Positions 38,523 through 55,159 of a stretch of 64,000 nt of DNA are shown here, piece after piece. This DNA is from the human T2T-CHM13v2.0 reference genome, Homo sapiens: the NCBI RefSeq assembly GCF_009914755.1, contig NC_060927.1; one strand, 5' to 3'. Made by a program: the position numbers and the translations under genes. Positions within the stretch are counted from its first letter, which is position 1, and every line of letters starts with the position of its first letter. Below the pieces are notes generated by a model. It was not told where the DNA came from. It was given only the letters and a program-made list of their open reading frames with translations, and did no database searches.

Positions 38523-39590
38523 TTTTGCATTTCTCTAATAATTAGTGATGATTAGCAGTTTTTCATATATTTGTTGACTGCATGTATGTCTTCTTTTGAG
38601 AAGTGTCTGTTCATGTGTTTACCTATTTTTTAATGGGATTATTTAGCTTTTGTTTGTTGAATTGTTTAAGTTCCTTATAGGTTCTGAACATTGGACCTTT
38701 GTCAGATGCATAGTTTGTAAATATTTTCTCCTATTGTGTAGGTTGTTTGTTTACACTGTTTATAGTTTCTTTTACTGTGCAGGAGTTGTTTAGCTTAATT
38801 ATATCCCCTTGTCAATTTTTGTGCTGGTTGCAATTGCTTTTGGGGAAGTGCCAATCAAAACCTCATTGAGATACCATCTCATGTCAGTTAGATTGGCTAT
38901 TTTTAAAAAGTCAAAAAACAACAGATGTTGGAGAGGTTACAGATAAAAGGGAACACCGGTACATGCTGATGAGAATGTTAATTAGTTCAGCCACTATGGA
39001 AAGCAGTGTGGAGATTCCTCAAAGAACTTCAAACAGAGCTGCCATTTGACCCAGCAATCCACTACTGAGTATAAAACCAAGGGAAAATGAATCATTCTAT
39101 CAAAAAAAACATGCATTTGTATGTTCATCACAGCACTATTCACAATAGCAAAGACAGGAATCAACCTAGATGCCAATCAAGAGTGGACTGGATAAAAAAA
39201 ATGTGGTACATCTACACCATGGAATACTATGCAGCCATAACATGGGATTACAGTGGGACAAAATTATGTCCTTTGCAGCAACATGTACACAACTAGAGGT
39301 CAAACTAAAGCGGAAACAGAAAACCAAATACCTCATGTTCTCACTTAAGAGCAAAAGCTAAACACCGAATACACATGGACACAAAGATGGGAATAATAGA
39401 AAATGAGGACACTTGAAGGGGTATAGTGGGAGGTGAGTGTGGGATGAAAAACTACCTATCAAGTACTATGCTTACTACCTGGGTGACAAGATCATCAGTA
39501 CACCAGACCTCAGTGACACGGAATTCACCCATATAACAAACTTGAACATGTACCCGATGAACCTAAAATAAAAGTTGAGGAAAAAATAAA
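38523..39590 (+). mobile_element. L1PA16-like 5'-truncated insertion with inverted 5' segment (38523-38846 minus, 38844-39590 plus)
   Basis: The minus part starts at the complement of attagagaaatgcaa. The plus part starts at gaagtgccaatcaaaacc and runs to an old-L1PA 3'UTR (aaaactacctatc...acctaaaataaaagttg) and A tail. Confidence 0.88.
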
Positions 39591-39599
39591 TGGACAGAA

Positions 39600-39780
39600 A
39601 AGAATTCTATGGCAGAGTAACATTTAAGCAAAGACCTAAATGGAGTAAGAGAACATTCCACACAGGACACAAGTGCAAAGGCCTTGAAGTTGGAGCATGC
39701 TTGGAGTTGTGAGGAAAATAACAAGATCAGTGTGAATGAAGTGGAGTAAAAGACAGGAGAAGTGACAAGAGATAAAGTAT
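39600..39780 (-). mobile_element. L2 fragment
   Basis: gtaacatttaagcaaagacct...cattcca...aagtgcaaaggccttgaagttggagcatgcttgg. Confidence 0.65.
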
Positions 39781-39812
39781 CTCCACTAAACTAGGAATGA
39801 AAGAACAGTATC

Positions 39813-40149
<337 letters not shown>

Positions 40150-40329
40150 TCAACCACTTTAAAGCATTTATAGAAAAATGTACATTTTTTAAGGTTCTCA
40201 GTACACTTTTAAACAGTGTGAAAGTTGGTAGTAATATACAAAGAAATAAAGTTTTTACTTTTACTCAAAAATCAACACAAAAATAATTTGTTAAAAAAAT
40301 ACATATAAAGGGACAATTAGCTGTGTGTC

Positions 40330-40815
40330 GAAAGATGACTGTAGATGAATTACAGACAGTAAAGTAAGGAGTGGAATTGAGCAGACAAAGGAAAGCATGG
40401 AGGTGTGCTTGAGAAGAACTGAAGCTGGCTAGAGCACAGTCTATCAGAGGAGATTAGCGGACAACCAAGCTGAGATATGGATTCCACTAGGTGTAGAAAA
40501 CAGTACTGGAAAGATTGGACTTGACCCTGTAGACAATGCAGAGCCATTTAAAAAGCAGCATGATCAGATTTTTGCTTTAGAAATTTAATTCTAATAGAGA
40601 AGAGGAGGATACATTTGAGTCGGAGAAAGACTCGAGTCTTAGAAAACAAGTAGCAAACAGTTATCACTGTTCCAACAAGAGAGAATCTAGAATATGGTGG
40701 TAGAAATGGGGAAGAGAAGATGGATTTGAAAATACATATTTGGAAAGACATTGATGAGCCATTCGACTAAATAAATGTAGAAAGTTAAGGATTCAACAAT
40801 TAGTTCTAGATTTTT
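40330..40815 (-). mobile_element. L2 fragment
   Basis: gattggacttgaccctgtagacaatgcagagccattta...catgatcagatttttgctttagaaa...gagaagatggatttgaaa. Confidence 0.7.
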
Positions 40816-41960
40816 TACAACTTCACATATCATAATTGTAATGAAAGTCTTTCTAAAAGTTATGACACTTTCTTATCTTTTCAAAAGAGGCTATTAGATT
40901 CACCAATATGAACACTATTTGACCTTACTGTAATATATAGCATAGTTTTATTTACATTTGTGATACTTTTATTAACTTATTTATTTTTCTGTTTTTAGTC
41001 TACTCTTCTGTGGCTAGTGTAAGGGGACAATTTATTAGAGACTTTCCATAATTTCTAGTTTACTCCTTGCAATAGGGGATAGATGGATAAAGCAGAGAAC
41101 AAAATCTCAAAGAAGGTATACTAGTGGGTGAAAAACTTACAAAGAAGATTCAAGGAGTGTTTTCTATGGAATAAAGAGGAGGTCGTAGTTTTGAGGTTTT
41201 GTGACAGGTTTCAAGTATGTGTCTATACACAGTCAGGGACTTTATTCACTAACTTTATTTCATGAGTGTATAACAGAGAGCTTAGATTGACTGTTACCTA
41301 ACTCCAGATTGGGAAGATTTTATTTTAAATATGTAAATTTCATGTGTTGTAAATAAATAAAAAAAATTATTGGTCAATTTGTTGTCTCTAACTCCATTGT
41401 TAATAGTAGAATTACACTCATATTGGTATATCAGACATTGGTGAACTATGACCCACAGGCAAAATTTGTTCTACTGCTTGTTTTTATACCTGAGAGCTAA
41501 ATACAGTTTTTGCATGTTAAAAGATTGTTAAAAAGAAAGAAAAATAGAGCATGAGAAAGAGAGCATCTGGGACCTACTATGGTTTGAATATTTGTCTCCC
41601 TGCAAAAGTCGTGTTGAAATTTAACCCCAATGTGACAGTATTGAGAGATGGACCTTTAAGGGGTAATTGTATCATGAGGGCTCTGCCACCAGGAATTAAT
41701 CCAATCATAGGTTTATGGGTTATTGCGTTATTTAATTAATGGGTTATCATGGGAGGAGAATCAGTGGTTTTACAAGGGAGAAGGAAAGACCTGAGCTAAC
41801 ATGTTAGCCTGCAACCCCTCGTCTCCCACCCCACCATGGGTGCCTTTTTCCACACTTAAACTTTGCAGAGTCCCTACCAGCAAGAAGGCCCTCACCAGAT
41901 GTGGCCCCTTGGCCTTGGACTTCTCAGCCTCTGTAACTGTAAGAAATAAATTTCTGAATT

Positions 41961-42865
41961 GGGGAGGAGCCAAGATGGCCGAATAGGAACAGCTCCGGTC
42001 TACAGCTCCCAGCGTGAGCAACGCAGAAGATGGGTGATTTCTGCATTTCCATCTGAGGTACTGGGTTCATCTCACTAGGGAGTGCCAGACAGTGGGCGCA
42101 GGTCAGTGGGTGCACGCACCATGTGTGAGCCGAAGCAGGGCGAGGCATTGCCTCACTTGGGAAGCGCAAGGGGTCAGGGAGTTCCCTTTCTGAGTCAAAG
42201 AAAGGGGTGACGGACGCACCTGGAAAATCGGGTCACTCCCAGCTGAATATTGCGCTTTTCAGACGGGCTTAAAAAACGACGCACCACGAGATTATATCCC
42301 GCACCTGGCTTGGAGGGTCCTATGCCCACAGAGTCTTGCTGATTGCTAGCACAGCAGTCTGAGATCAAACTGCAAGGCGGCAACGAGGCTGGGGGAGGGG
42401 CGCCTGCCATTGCCTAGGCTTGCTTAGGTAAACAAAGCAGCCAGGAAGCTCGAAATGGGTGGAGCCCACCACAGCTCAAGGAGGCCTGCCTGCCTCTGTG
42501 GGCTCCACCTCTGGGGGCAGGGCACAGACAAACCAAAAGACAGCAGTAACCTCTGCAGACTTAAATGTCCCTGTCTGACAGCTTTGAAGAGAACAGTGGT
42601 TCTCCCAGCACGCAGCTGGAGATCTGAGAACTGGCAGACTGCCTCCTCAAGTGGGTCCCTGACCCCTGAACCCCGAGCAGCCTAACTGGGAGGCACCCCT
42701 CAGCAGGAGCACACTGACATCTCACACGGCAGGGTATTCCAACAGACCTGCAGCTGAGGGTCCTGTCTGTTAGAAGGAAAACTAACAAACAGAAAGGACA
42801 TCCACACCAAAAACCCATCTCTACATCACCATCATCAAAGACCAAAAGTAGATAAAACCACAAAG
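41961..42865 (+). promoter_or_regulatory. L1 5'UTR internal sense promoter and antisense promoter
   Basis: YY1 site caagatggccg (41971-41981) intact, RUNX3-region tgcatttccatctgaggta intact, first SOX site aaacaaag present, CpGs partly decayed. Confidence 0.8.
42195..42410 (-). CDS. ORF0: LINE-1 antisense ORF0, intact 71 aa
   Basis: MAGAPPPASLPPCSLISDCCASNQ...VTRFSRCVRHPFL matches the primate L1 ORF0 peptide in sequence and length. Expression at this locus is unknown. Confidence 0.8.
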   Translation of the reverse strand: MAGAPPPASLPPCSLISDCCASNQQDSVGIGPSKPGAGYNLVVRRFLSPSEKRNIQLGVTRFSRCVRHPFL

Positions 42866-43880
42866 ATGGGGAAAAAACAGAACAGAAAAACTGGAAACTC
42901 TAAAACGCAGAGCGCCTCTCCTCCTCCAAAGGAACGCAGTTCCTCACCAGCAACAGAACAAAGCTGGATGGAGAATGACTTTGACGAGCTGGGAGAAGAA
43001 GGCTTCAGACGATCAAATTACTCTGAGCTACGGGAGGACATTCAAACCAAAGGCAAAGAAGTTGAAAACTTTGAAAAAATTTAGAAGAATGTATAACTAG
43101 AATAACCAATACAGAGAAGTGCTTAAAGGAGCTGATGGAGCTGAAAACCAAGGCTTGAGAACTACATGAAGAATGCAGAAGCCTCAGGAGCCGATGCGAT
43201 CAACTGGAAGAAAGGGTATCAGCAATGGAAGATGAAATGAATGAAATGAAGCGAGAAGGGAAGTTTAGAGAAAAAAGAATAAAAAGAAATGAGCAAAGCC
43301 TCCAAGAAATATGGGACTATGCGAAAAGACCAAATTTACGTCTGATTGGTGTACCTGAAAGTGACGGGGAGAATAGAACCAACTTGGAAAACACGCTGCA
43401 GGATATTATCCAGGAGAACTTCCCCAATCTAGCAAGGCAGGCCAACGTTCAGATTCAGGAAATATAGAGAACACCACAAAGATACACCTCGAGAAGAGCA
43501 ACTCCAAGACACATAATTGTCAGATTCACCAAAGTTGAAATGAAGGAAAAAATGTTAAGGGCAGCCAGAGAGAAAGGTCGGGTTACCCTCAAAGGGAAGC
43601 CCATCAGACTAATAGCGGATCTCTCAGCAGAAACCCTACAAGCCAGAAGAGAGTGGGGGCCAATATTCAACATTCTTAAAGAAAGAATTTTCAACCCAGA
43701 ATTTCATATCCAGCCAAACTAAGCTTCATAAGTGAAGGAGAAATAAAATACTTTACAGACAAGCAAATGCTGAGAGATTTTGTCACCACCAGGCCTGCCC
43801 TAAAAGAGCTCCTGAAGGAAGCACTAAACATGGAAAGGAACAACCGGTAAAAGCCGCTGCAAAATCATGCCAAAATGTAA
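42866..43880 (+). pseudogene. ORF1: L1 ORF1p, disrupted
   Basis: MGKKQNRKTGNSK start. -1 frameshifts at ~43074 and ~43682, stops TGA 43156, TAG 43465, TAA 43848. Confidence 0.95.
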
Positions 43881-43916
43881 ATACCATGGAGACTAGGAAG
43901 AAACTGCATCAACTAA

Positions 43917-47769
<3,853 letters not shown>

Positions 47770-48929
47770 ACAATGAGATCACATGGACACAGGAAGGGGA
47801 ATATCACACTCTGGGGACTGTGGTGGGGTGGGGGGAGGGGGGAGGGATAGCATTGGGAGATATAACTAATGCTAGATGACGAGTTAGTGGGTGCAGCACA
47901 CCAGCATGGCACATGTATACATATGTAACTAACCTGCACAATGTGTACATGTACCCTAAAACTTAAAGTATAATAAAAAAAAAAGAAGAAAAAAAAAAGA
48001 AAGAAATTTCTTTATAAGTTACCCTGTTTCAGGTATTCTGTTATAAGAAGTAGAATATTGACTAAAATACGGCCAATAAACCCTAAAATGTTTAGTATCT
48101 AGACCTTTAACAGAAAAAATTTGAAGACCCCACCTATGAATAAAGGCTCATTTTTCATATGTGCCTTTTGTCGTCACTTCCTTTTAATATATACGTTGTC
48201 TTAGTAAATGAATGATAAACTCATTGAAGGCAAGAAGCAGACCACAGATCTCTATATCTTCCTCAGTATTGGCACAGTACATTACCTACACTCATACCTG
48301 TGAATCTGTGAACACTCATATCTGTGAAAGTTTGTATAGATAGTTTGTATAGCTTCCTAAAACTTGTGAGATCCAGTGAAGAAAAGGGGGAGAATAGTGC
48401 ATTCTGCAGAAAAGATTTAAAAAAAGGAGAAAAAGACATTCTGATAAGAATCCCAGTTTAAGATGTCAAGAACCCTCTCAGGTTCATGTCTTATTATTAT
48501 TTTTTTATCCTCATACAAATACAAATTAAATAGATTTTTATAAATTACTACCTTGAAGATAGGCGGGTAGTTTAACAACACATGCAACCATCTGAGTTGT
48601 GTGACTAACATAATATGACTAATGCTTTTAAAAATAAGGAATGAATTTATGAAGAGCAAAATGGAAGTTTTATTGATCCTCTAAGGAAGAAGTCCTGCAT
48701 TCTAAAAGGATTTATTAATCTTTTGACCACATCAGTTTACCTCATCTGCTTTGAAAGTAAATATGTAATAACATATATGACATTGTTATGAAAGATCCAT
48801 GTTGGTTTTAAGTATATTTTTCTGTAATACATTTATCTATTCAATGAAGAAAGTAAGTCAATGAAAAAACAGACAGGTGACATGTAGAGCCTAAGTGTGT
48901 ATTTTCTATCCTACTATTGCCTTAGCCTG

Positions 48930-49350
48930 AATGTCGTTTTACCCCTGTCTGGCTGTCTCTGCAATATGTAAAGGAATTGTGTAAAACACATCATATTTTA
49001 TAGATGTGTTTTCCCATCTATAAAATAGTTTTAAGCCTAGGCAACAAAACGAGACCCCCATCTGTACAAAACATAAAATAAAAAATAGCTGGGCATGGTG
49101 GTGCGTGACTCTAGTCCCTGCTACTAGGTAGGCTGAGGCAGGACGATAGCTGGAGGCTAGGAGTTCAAGGCTGCAGTGAGCTACAATCATGCCACTGCAC
49201 TCCAGCCTGGTCAACAGAGCAAGACCTCATCTCTAAAAAAAAAAATGATAATAAAATAAAATGGATATAATACTAGGGCCAGATTTATAGAGTTTATGTG
49301 AGGATGAAAAAGAAGATATGTAGACATATACAACAGTGCTAAAACATGAT
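48930..49350 (+). mobile_element. MIR interrupted by an Alu
   Basis: gttttcccatctataaaat before the Alu, and taaaatggatataatact...atagagtttatgtgaggatgaaa after it. Confidence 0.55.
49034..49258 (+). mobile_element. 5'-truncated AluJ
   Basis: agcctaggcaac...gagacccccatct...ggagttcaaggctgcagtgagctacaatcatgccactgcactccagcc...ctctaaaaaa. Confidence 0.9.
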
Positions 49351-49914
49351 AACTAGCAATGGTAGAAATGACTGACTAATTTTTATTCTTCATTCTGTTA
49401 GAAAATATTGACCTGACTACTTCTAACTTCTATTGACTTGACTACTTCTTACGTTTCTATCTATGAAGCAAACACTCTACCTACTCTAATTGTAAAGATA
49501 ATCTGCTTACTAGTTCTCTAACAAGACAGGAGAGTACATTGGGCCAGCTGCAAACATCTCTTGGGAGAACTTTATATTAAAAGTTTCTAATATTTTCTAA
49601 AAAAACTATAACTTTCAAGTTGAAAATAATGCTTTCAAGTAAGTGTTATTTTCAACATCGGCCTGTTCCGGTATTCAAATTTGCTCATATTTTTCTTTTT
49701 TTCTTCTTTTTTTCTCTCTCTGTTTTTTTTTTCCATTTCTTTTCTTTTTCCCACCATCTGTGTGCCAAGTAGTGCTTGGCTTTATTCATTATAGGTATGA
49801 AATTTACAAGATTTTCTGTTAAAAAGAGCTTTCATTTTTAGTCTCAAATATCCACAAGGGAAAAACAGTTTTAGGAGTGGGCTTGAGGAGGAAAATGTGT
49901 ATATTTATATATAC

Positions 49915-50040
49915 ATTTTTAGTAGAGATGGGGTTACGACATGTTGGCCAGGTGGGTCTCCAACTCCTGACCTCAGGTGATCCACCCGCCTTGGCCTCCC
50001 AAAGTGCTAGGATTATAGGTATGAGCCACCGCGCCCGGCC
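49915..50040 (-). mobile_element. AluS left monomer only (3'-truncated at the linker)
   Basis: atttttagtagagatgggg...ctcctgacctcaggtgatccacccgcc...gagccaccgcgcccggcc, with no right arm or tail. Confidence 0.9.
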
Positions 50041-50879
50041 ACATCTTTTTAGTTTGCAATATCAGATCAATCAACTCTAAGCCTCCATGTACATATCTGG
50101 TTGACCAATAATTCGCTGTTAGTAATTTGCTGTGGGAGACGAGCCTTCTCCACCTCTCTAATATTATACAAGAGTCTCGGTGATTTTAGATAGACCAAAA
50201 CATCCAGATTCTCCCTACTTTCCAATCTAGTTAGGAAAGTGTTGCGACTGTTGGAGACTGAAGAGTAGGTTTCTCTTTCCACAGCCTTAGGGCTGGGCAC
50301 AGAAATGTTTCACCAATTATCTCTAGGTCAGAGCTCTTAATATTTGGTCCATTGACTTTGCTGTGTCACACCTTCAGGCACCCTTTATACCTTAGAAAAG
50401 CATTCCTAAGAAATGGAAGCTGTTTCTAAGACCGAGGCTCTATTTTAGGTATCCAACAGGCACCCAGCATAGCCACCAGATCTTCCGCCATGGTCCAGGG
50501 CAGGGTACTCTCAGAACTCCTCCACTCCAAGCACTAATTTCTGCTCTCCATTTTCCCTTCTGCCCAGCCCTAGCTTAATTCTCCTCAAAGTGAATATTTC
50601 CCTGAAGAAGGAGGAGTAAAATAAGGACCAAAAAAAAATGTACACTAGGATAGAAAAGGCATACCTTAAAGTAAGTTGAAATTGAAATAAACTCATATTA
50701 GACCTTGGTGATAGAACTTGATGTTATTTATTACCACCATTGTCATTATACTTCAGAATCAAACCTATGGAAGTAGGTTCTTAAATTTAAGTGTCACATA
50801 TTATAAAGCACATGCTTTCTGAGATCCTTGACTTTGTATTTTGAGAGGTACACTGATAAATAAAGCTGGGAGGATCCAG

Positions 50880-51337
50880 CACTGAAAAGATAGCACCAGT
50901 GTGAAATGTTACATATGGTGTGATTCCTACTCTATGTGATATTCTGGAAAAGGAAAACCTATAGATATGGTAAAAAAGATCAGTGGTTGCAGAGAGGGAT
51001 GAATAGGTGGGACACAGGAGATTTTTAAGTCAGTGAAGCTATTCCACCTGAAACTCTAATGGAGGACAGAGGATATTATGCTTTATCAGAACCCGTGGGA
51101 TTGTACAACACAAAGAGTGATCCCTAATGAAACTATGGGCATCAGTTAATGGTAATTTATCAATATTGATTTACCAATAGTAACAAATGTACCACACTAA
51201 TGCAGCATGTCAATCGTAGGAGAAATTGTGCAGAGAATGGTTCAAAGAAGGGGTAAATGGAAACTCTGTACTTTCTGCTCAGTTTTTCTGTCAACCTAAA
51301 ACTGCTTTGAAAAATAGCCTATGAATTAATATAAAAA
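50880..51337 (+). mobile_element. L1MC1/2-like 3' end
   Basis: attctggaaaaggaaaacctatag...aagatcagtggttgc...tgtacaacacaaagagtgatccctaatg...taacaaatgtaccacactaatgca...acctaaaactgct. Confidence 0.85.
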
Positions 51338-53004
51338 GTACCTCACATGACACATTTTTTGTCAAATGCATTAGATGAAAACTGCTGACATGATCTTCAA
51401 GAAATAAGTATCACAGACATACCAGAATCAAAGAGTTGTAAAGCTAAAAGATACTCAGTGGAAAATGTCTACTCTAGTCTTAATTATTTCTGAAGAGACA
51501 GATTCTGCCAGTTTCCTTACTAGCCTATTCTAGGGTTTAGTTTCTTTCTGAGTCCCACAAATTAGCCCGTATTATTCATACTTGTCTTCTGTGAAGAGTG
51601 CTTTGATCAAAGCCTCCTTAAATAATCATTCTCTACTAGAATTAATAAGTAAATCACTGATTTGATATTTTTGGCTCTGATTAAATGGCCTCAATACAAG
51701 CTACAATGAATCAATAGGCAGTGATGGACAAAAATAGTTCATCCTTAGGATGATTATCATTTAAAATGTACATTTCAATGTAGAAGTTGTCAAACTCTAG
51801 GAAGTTATAAAACTCTTATGTTATAGAACACACAGGTAAAGTTACTTTTTTATATAGACCCTTGCAGCTTTGTACCCACAATGGTTTAGTTCATTTTGTA
51901 ATGCCACAGGGCAAAATTCTTAACTATCCGAGAAATAATTTTACTAAACTTGTGTTCAAAACCGAATTTAATTCACTTTTTTGATAATGTCAACATTTAG
52001 AACTATAATTTTCAAGAAATCTCTCTTTATTGGAATATTAAAATTTCAAATGCCCATTCTCAAGAAGAGTTAAAATCATAAAAGATAGTCACATGTTTAA
52101 GTTTATAGTTGCTCAAGGGAAGTTATAATAGAGAAACCACATTGCGTGTAGCTTATTTCTGAAATAAATCTGCAGATGAATTAAAATGTTAATGTTTGAA
52201 CCTATTTAACTGCCAATTGTTCATGAAATGATAAATATCACTGAAGACATGATCATAAAATGCCCAACAAAATTATAAAGGTCATAATTTCTGTGAGCAT
52301 GTGCTGGAAAGAGCATAATAAATTGTATTACCATCATAATTATGGGAGGACAAAGAGATTATATTTTCTTTTTCTATGAAGAATAAGTACTTTGTCAGAG
52401 CACATTTCAAATACATTTTGTATTCTCTAATACTCAGCATTAAGAACTCTTTTATTATGTTATAAAAATAATTTTTAAAATTAATTTGTATTTCAATTAA
52501 TTGGAAATTATAAATTCCCATTTGAAACAATTCATGCAATTGTGCTCAAGATCAGAATATATTTCATCTTCTTTCTGTCATTGTTGGGCTTCCAAGTTTG
52601 TACATCTGTCAATTTGTAGGTGTTAATTATAAACACTTTTTCCTTTTTTAAAAATCTATTTTACTAGAAGATAGCTGTTGACAGAAGGTGAAGCAATTAT
52701 GACTTTTTCACCAGGCAAGTTGGAAACGAATAGCCTTACTATTCAGTCATAAATCTTCCTTTTGATATTTTTTATTCTCTGTTGACAATATTGTAATCTA
52801 TCATGAGACTGATGAAAATATCTTACTTTATCATAGCTATTATTGATATGTGTGTGTTTCTGTGTATATACACACATATCATTTCTATATTAAAATTAGA
52901 TAACTGCATGTTTAAATATCTAGTTATAAAATAATATATTACTATAATCTTCTGGAAAATCTTTCCTTAATTAAATAAGATGATGCATAGAGTTTGACTG
53001 GCTG

Positions 53005-53408
53005 AGGCAGGCCGTGTTTTCTGGAAAGCAGATAATAAGAAGTTAGGTGTGTGAAAGGTTTATTGTTAACAACCATGGAAAGAGAGGGATGCAAGTGGAA
53101 TTGGTTAGGAGGAGTTGTCAGACCTTGATGCTGACTCTATAAAGTCTCCTTGACTTTAAGCAACAGAGTAAAGATTGCTCATTAGGGAGTCCTTTGTGAG
53201 GAGAGATGGTTAGGTTCCTGTACACCACCTTGGAAAACCATTGGTCAAAAGCCACCTTGGAAAGGAAAGGAAAGGACTTTGCCTTGGAATCTAAGGTGAC
53301 TCTTAATGAGTTAACAGCTAGAAGGTCAGCTGATCACACTCATCAGAAGTGGACAGATAGTCCTCTCTTGAGCGGGGATCTGAGAAGCTCTTCTCTGTGT
53401 CTGTCACA
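53005..53408 (-). mobile_element. LTR40-like ERVL 3' LTR
   Basis: ggaaagcaga...gtttattg...gtcagaccttgatgc...aaagattgctcattag...ggggatctgag...tgtgtctgtcaCA followed by atctacccctt (polypurine-tract complement). Confidence 0.65.
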
Positions 53409-54975
53409 ATCTACCCCTTTGGGCCATGTAGCTTCACTTCATCTTACAGGTTCTAAGACAGAAGGTCTTCAAGGCATTGATGAAGCTTCTCTTCCTGAGG
53501 GGAAACAGAAGAGAGAGATGTCAGACCTCACTGTAGCTGGTCTTGGGGCTCAACTGGTACACAACAAATTTCTTTTAACTTCTTGTATCACATCTGCTAA
53601 TCTTGGTGACTTACCTCATGGTATGAACCACACCCTCATTCCTTATGATTCTGAGTGCTTGGTAACCATAGCTATTTCAGATGAGAGTTGCTGCACTTGT
53701 TCATTAATTTATAATTGTTTACCTAATTCACACAGGATTAATTCTGAGGTGATGCTTTAGCTATACTTATGTCGCATATTTCTATTGCCCTATCAATCAG
53801 GCTTCCATCATGGTGGTAAAGATAAACTTTAGTCATGGGGCCCCTTACACCTGTCCTTTACTTAAAGTACGTTCCCTGGAGATTTATGGTGAGACATTCC
53901 AGTATTCTCACTTTCTTTAGTGTTTAATCCCTCTACTGACTATTCGGGTAATTTGGGCATTTTAATCTCACTCACCGTGGGCTATTCTGAACTATCATTT
54001 GAGTTTAATCTCATTCAAACTTTTTTAAGTTTCCAGGTCCAGCCCTAGCAGCAAGTTTGTGCCATTCTCTGGGGACCTTGCCAGGATGTTAAATCCTGTA
54101 TACTGAAGTAGTGCACTATGTCTACATACTGTCTTTTAACTAGGCTTGTGTGTGTGTGTATGTGTGTGTGTTTTGATCAAGCACCCTCAGATTCCTGTCT
54201 CACTGTTCCTAGTGATAAATACTTCCTTTTTCCAGCAACTATTTCAGGAATAATCTCTTTGCTCTCCAGTTAGTCTCAATATGGCATGACTAGATTATGC
54301 AGCAGGCCTGGAGAGAAGGTGGAAACATCTCCTGATGGTAGTTACCATAGCCTTGTGAGGAAAGCTCTCTGTATTTTCCTCTTTGGAGGACTGTTAATTC
54401 TTAATGAGAGTTGGAAAACATGGAATACATCTTTAAGATCAAGTGGTTCAGACAAATGTGAGGCATCAAGATCTTTTGAAACATATACACATATGTCCCC
54501 AAATCACATGTTCAAGTATCATGCTTTCCCAACTAGGATCTTGAATTTGGCATGACAGACCTGCCTCAGTTGGACATTTAATGATCTTTGAAGTTCAGCT
54601 CTTCTGACTATTAAATCTTTTGCTGATTTTCCATTTTTTTTCTGCTTACCTACTACTGCATGTGATCCTTCTTTGTGTTTCCAGAGACTCAGATTCTCAC
54701 ACTAAGTTTCTAATTCTTAATTGCTGTAATCTTTATATTATCCACTTGCAAGGTAGATAATGACATCTAATTTCTTTGCCCTTTTATCTATTTTTTGCCT
54801 TGTATATTTCAAACACCTGACACTGACAAGTGTAGTCCTCACCCCCTCCATCATCTCCATTTGGCCACCCCAGCACACAACCAGTGAATATCTGAACAGC
54901 TGAACTGCCACCTTTGCCAAGAGACATCCCTTACCATTCTATATCAACTCCTATCTGAGTGGCCCATCTTCCTGT
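53409..54975 (-). mobile_element. Degenerate, internally deleted ERVL internal sequence
   Basis: Adjoins the LTR through a PPT, ERVL-like composition and gag-like motifs near 54300-54960, no 5' LTR visible. Confidence 0.5.
54146..54171. repeat. (TG)n microsatellite
   Basis: Seen directly. Confidence 0.9.
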
Positions 54976-55159
54976 CTGTCACAACAGAGTTTTAAGACAA
55001 AATATCTGAATTATTAGTTTCTTTCTTATCTCTTTTTCTACAAAATATAGAACATGAGATAAAAAAAGGAGATGGAGTTGGAGAACTTTCTTCTTTTCCA
55101 TTTCAAAGCCCAGCTACCATGGCAATATGTCTCCAGCCAGGGGCTTATAAAGTAAATAT

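Noticed and set aside
47813-47847. G-quadruplex motif as a novel element
   Set aside because: It is the standard G-rich tract of the L1PA 3'UTR.
53206-53760. 184-aa ORF as a novel gene
   Set aside because: Runs antisense across an ERVL LTR/internal junction and has no recognisable domain or splice context.
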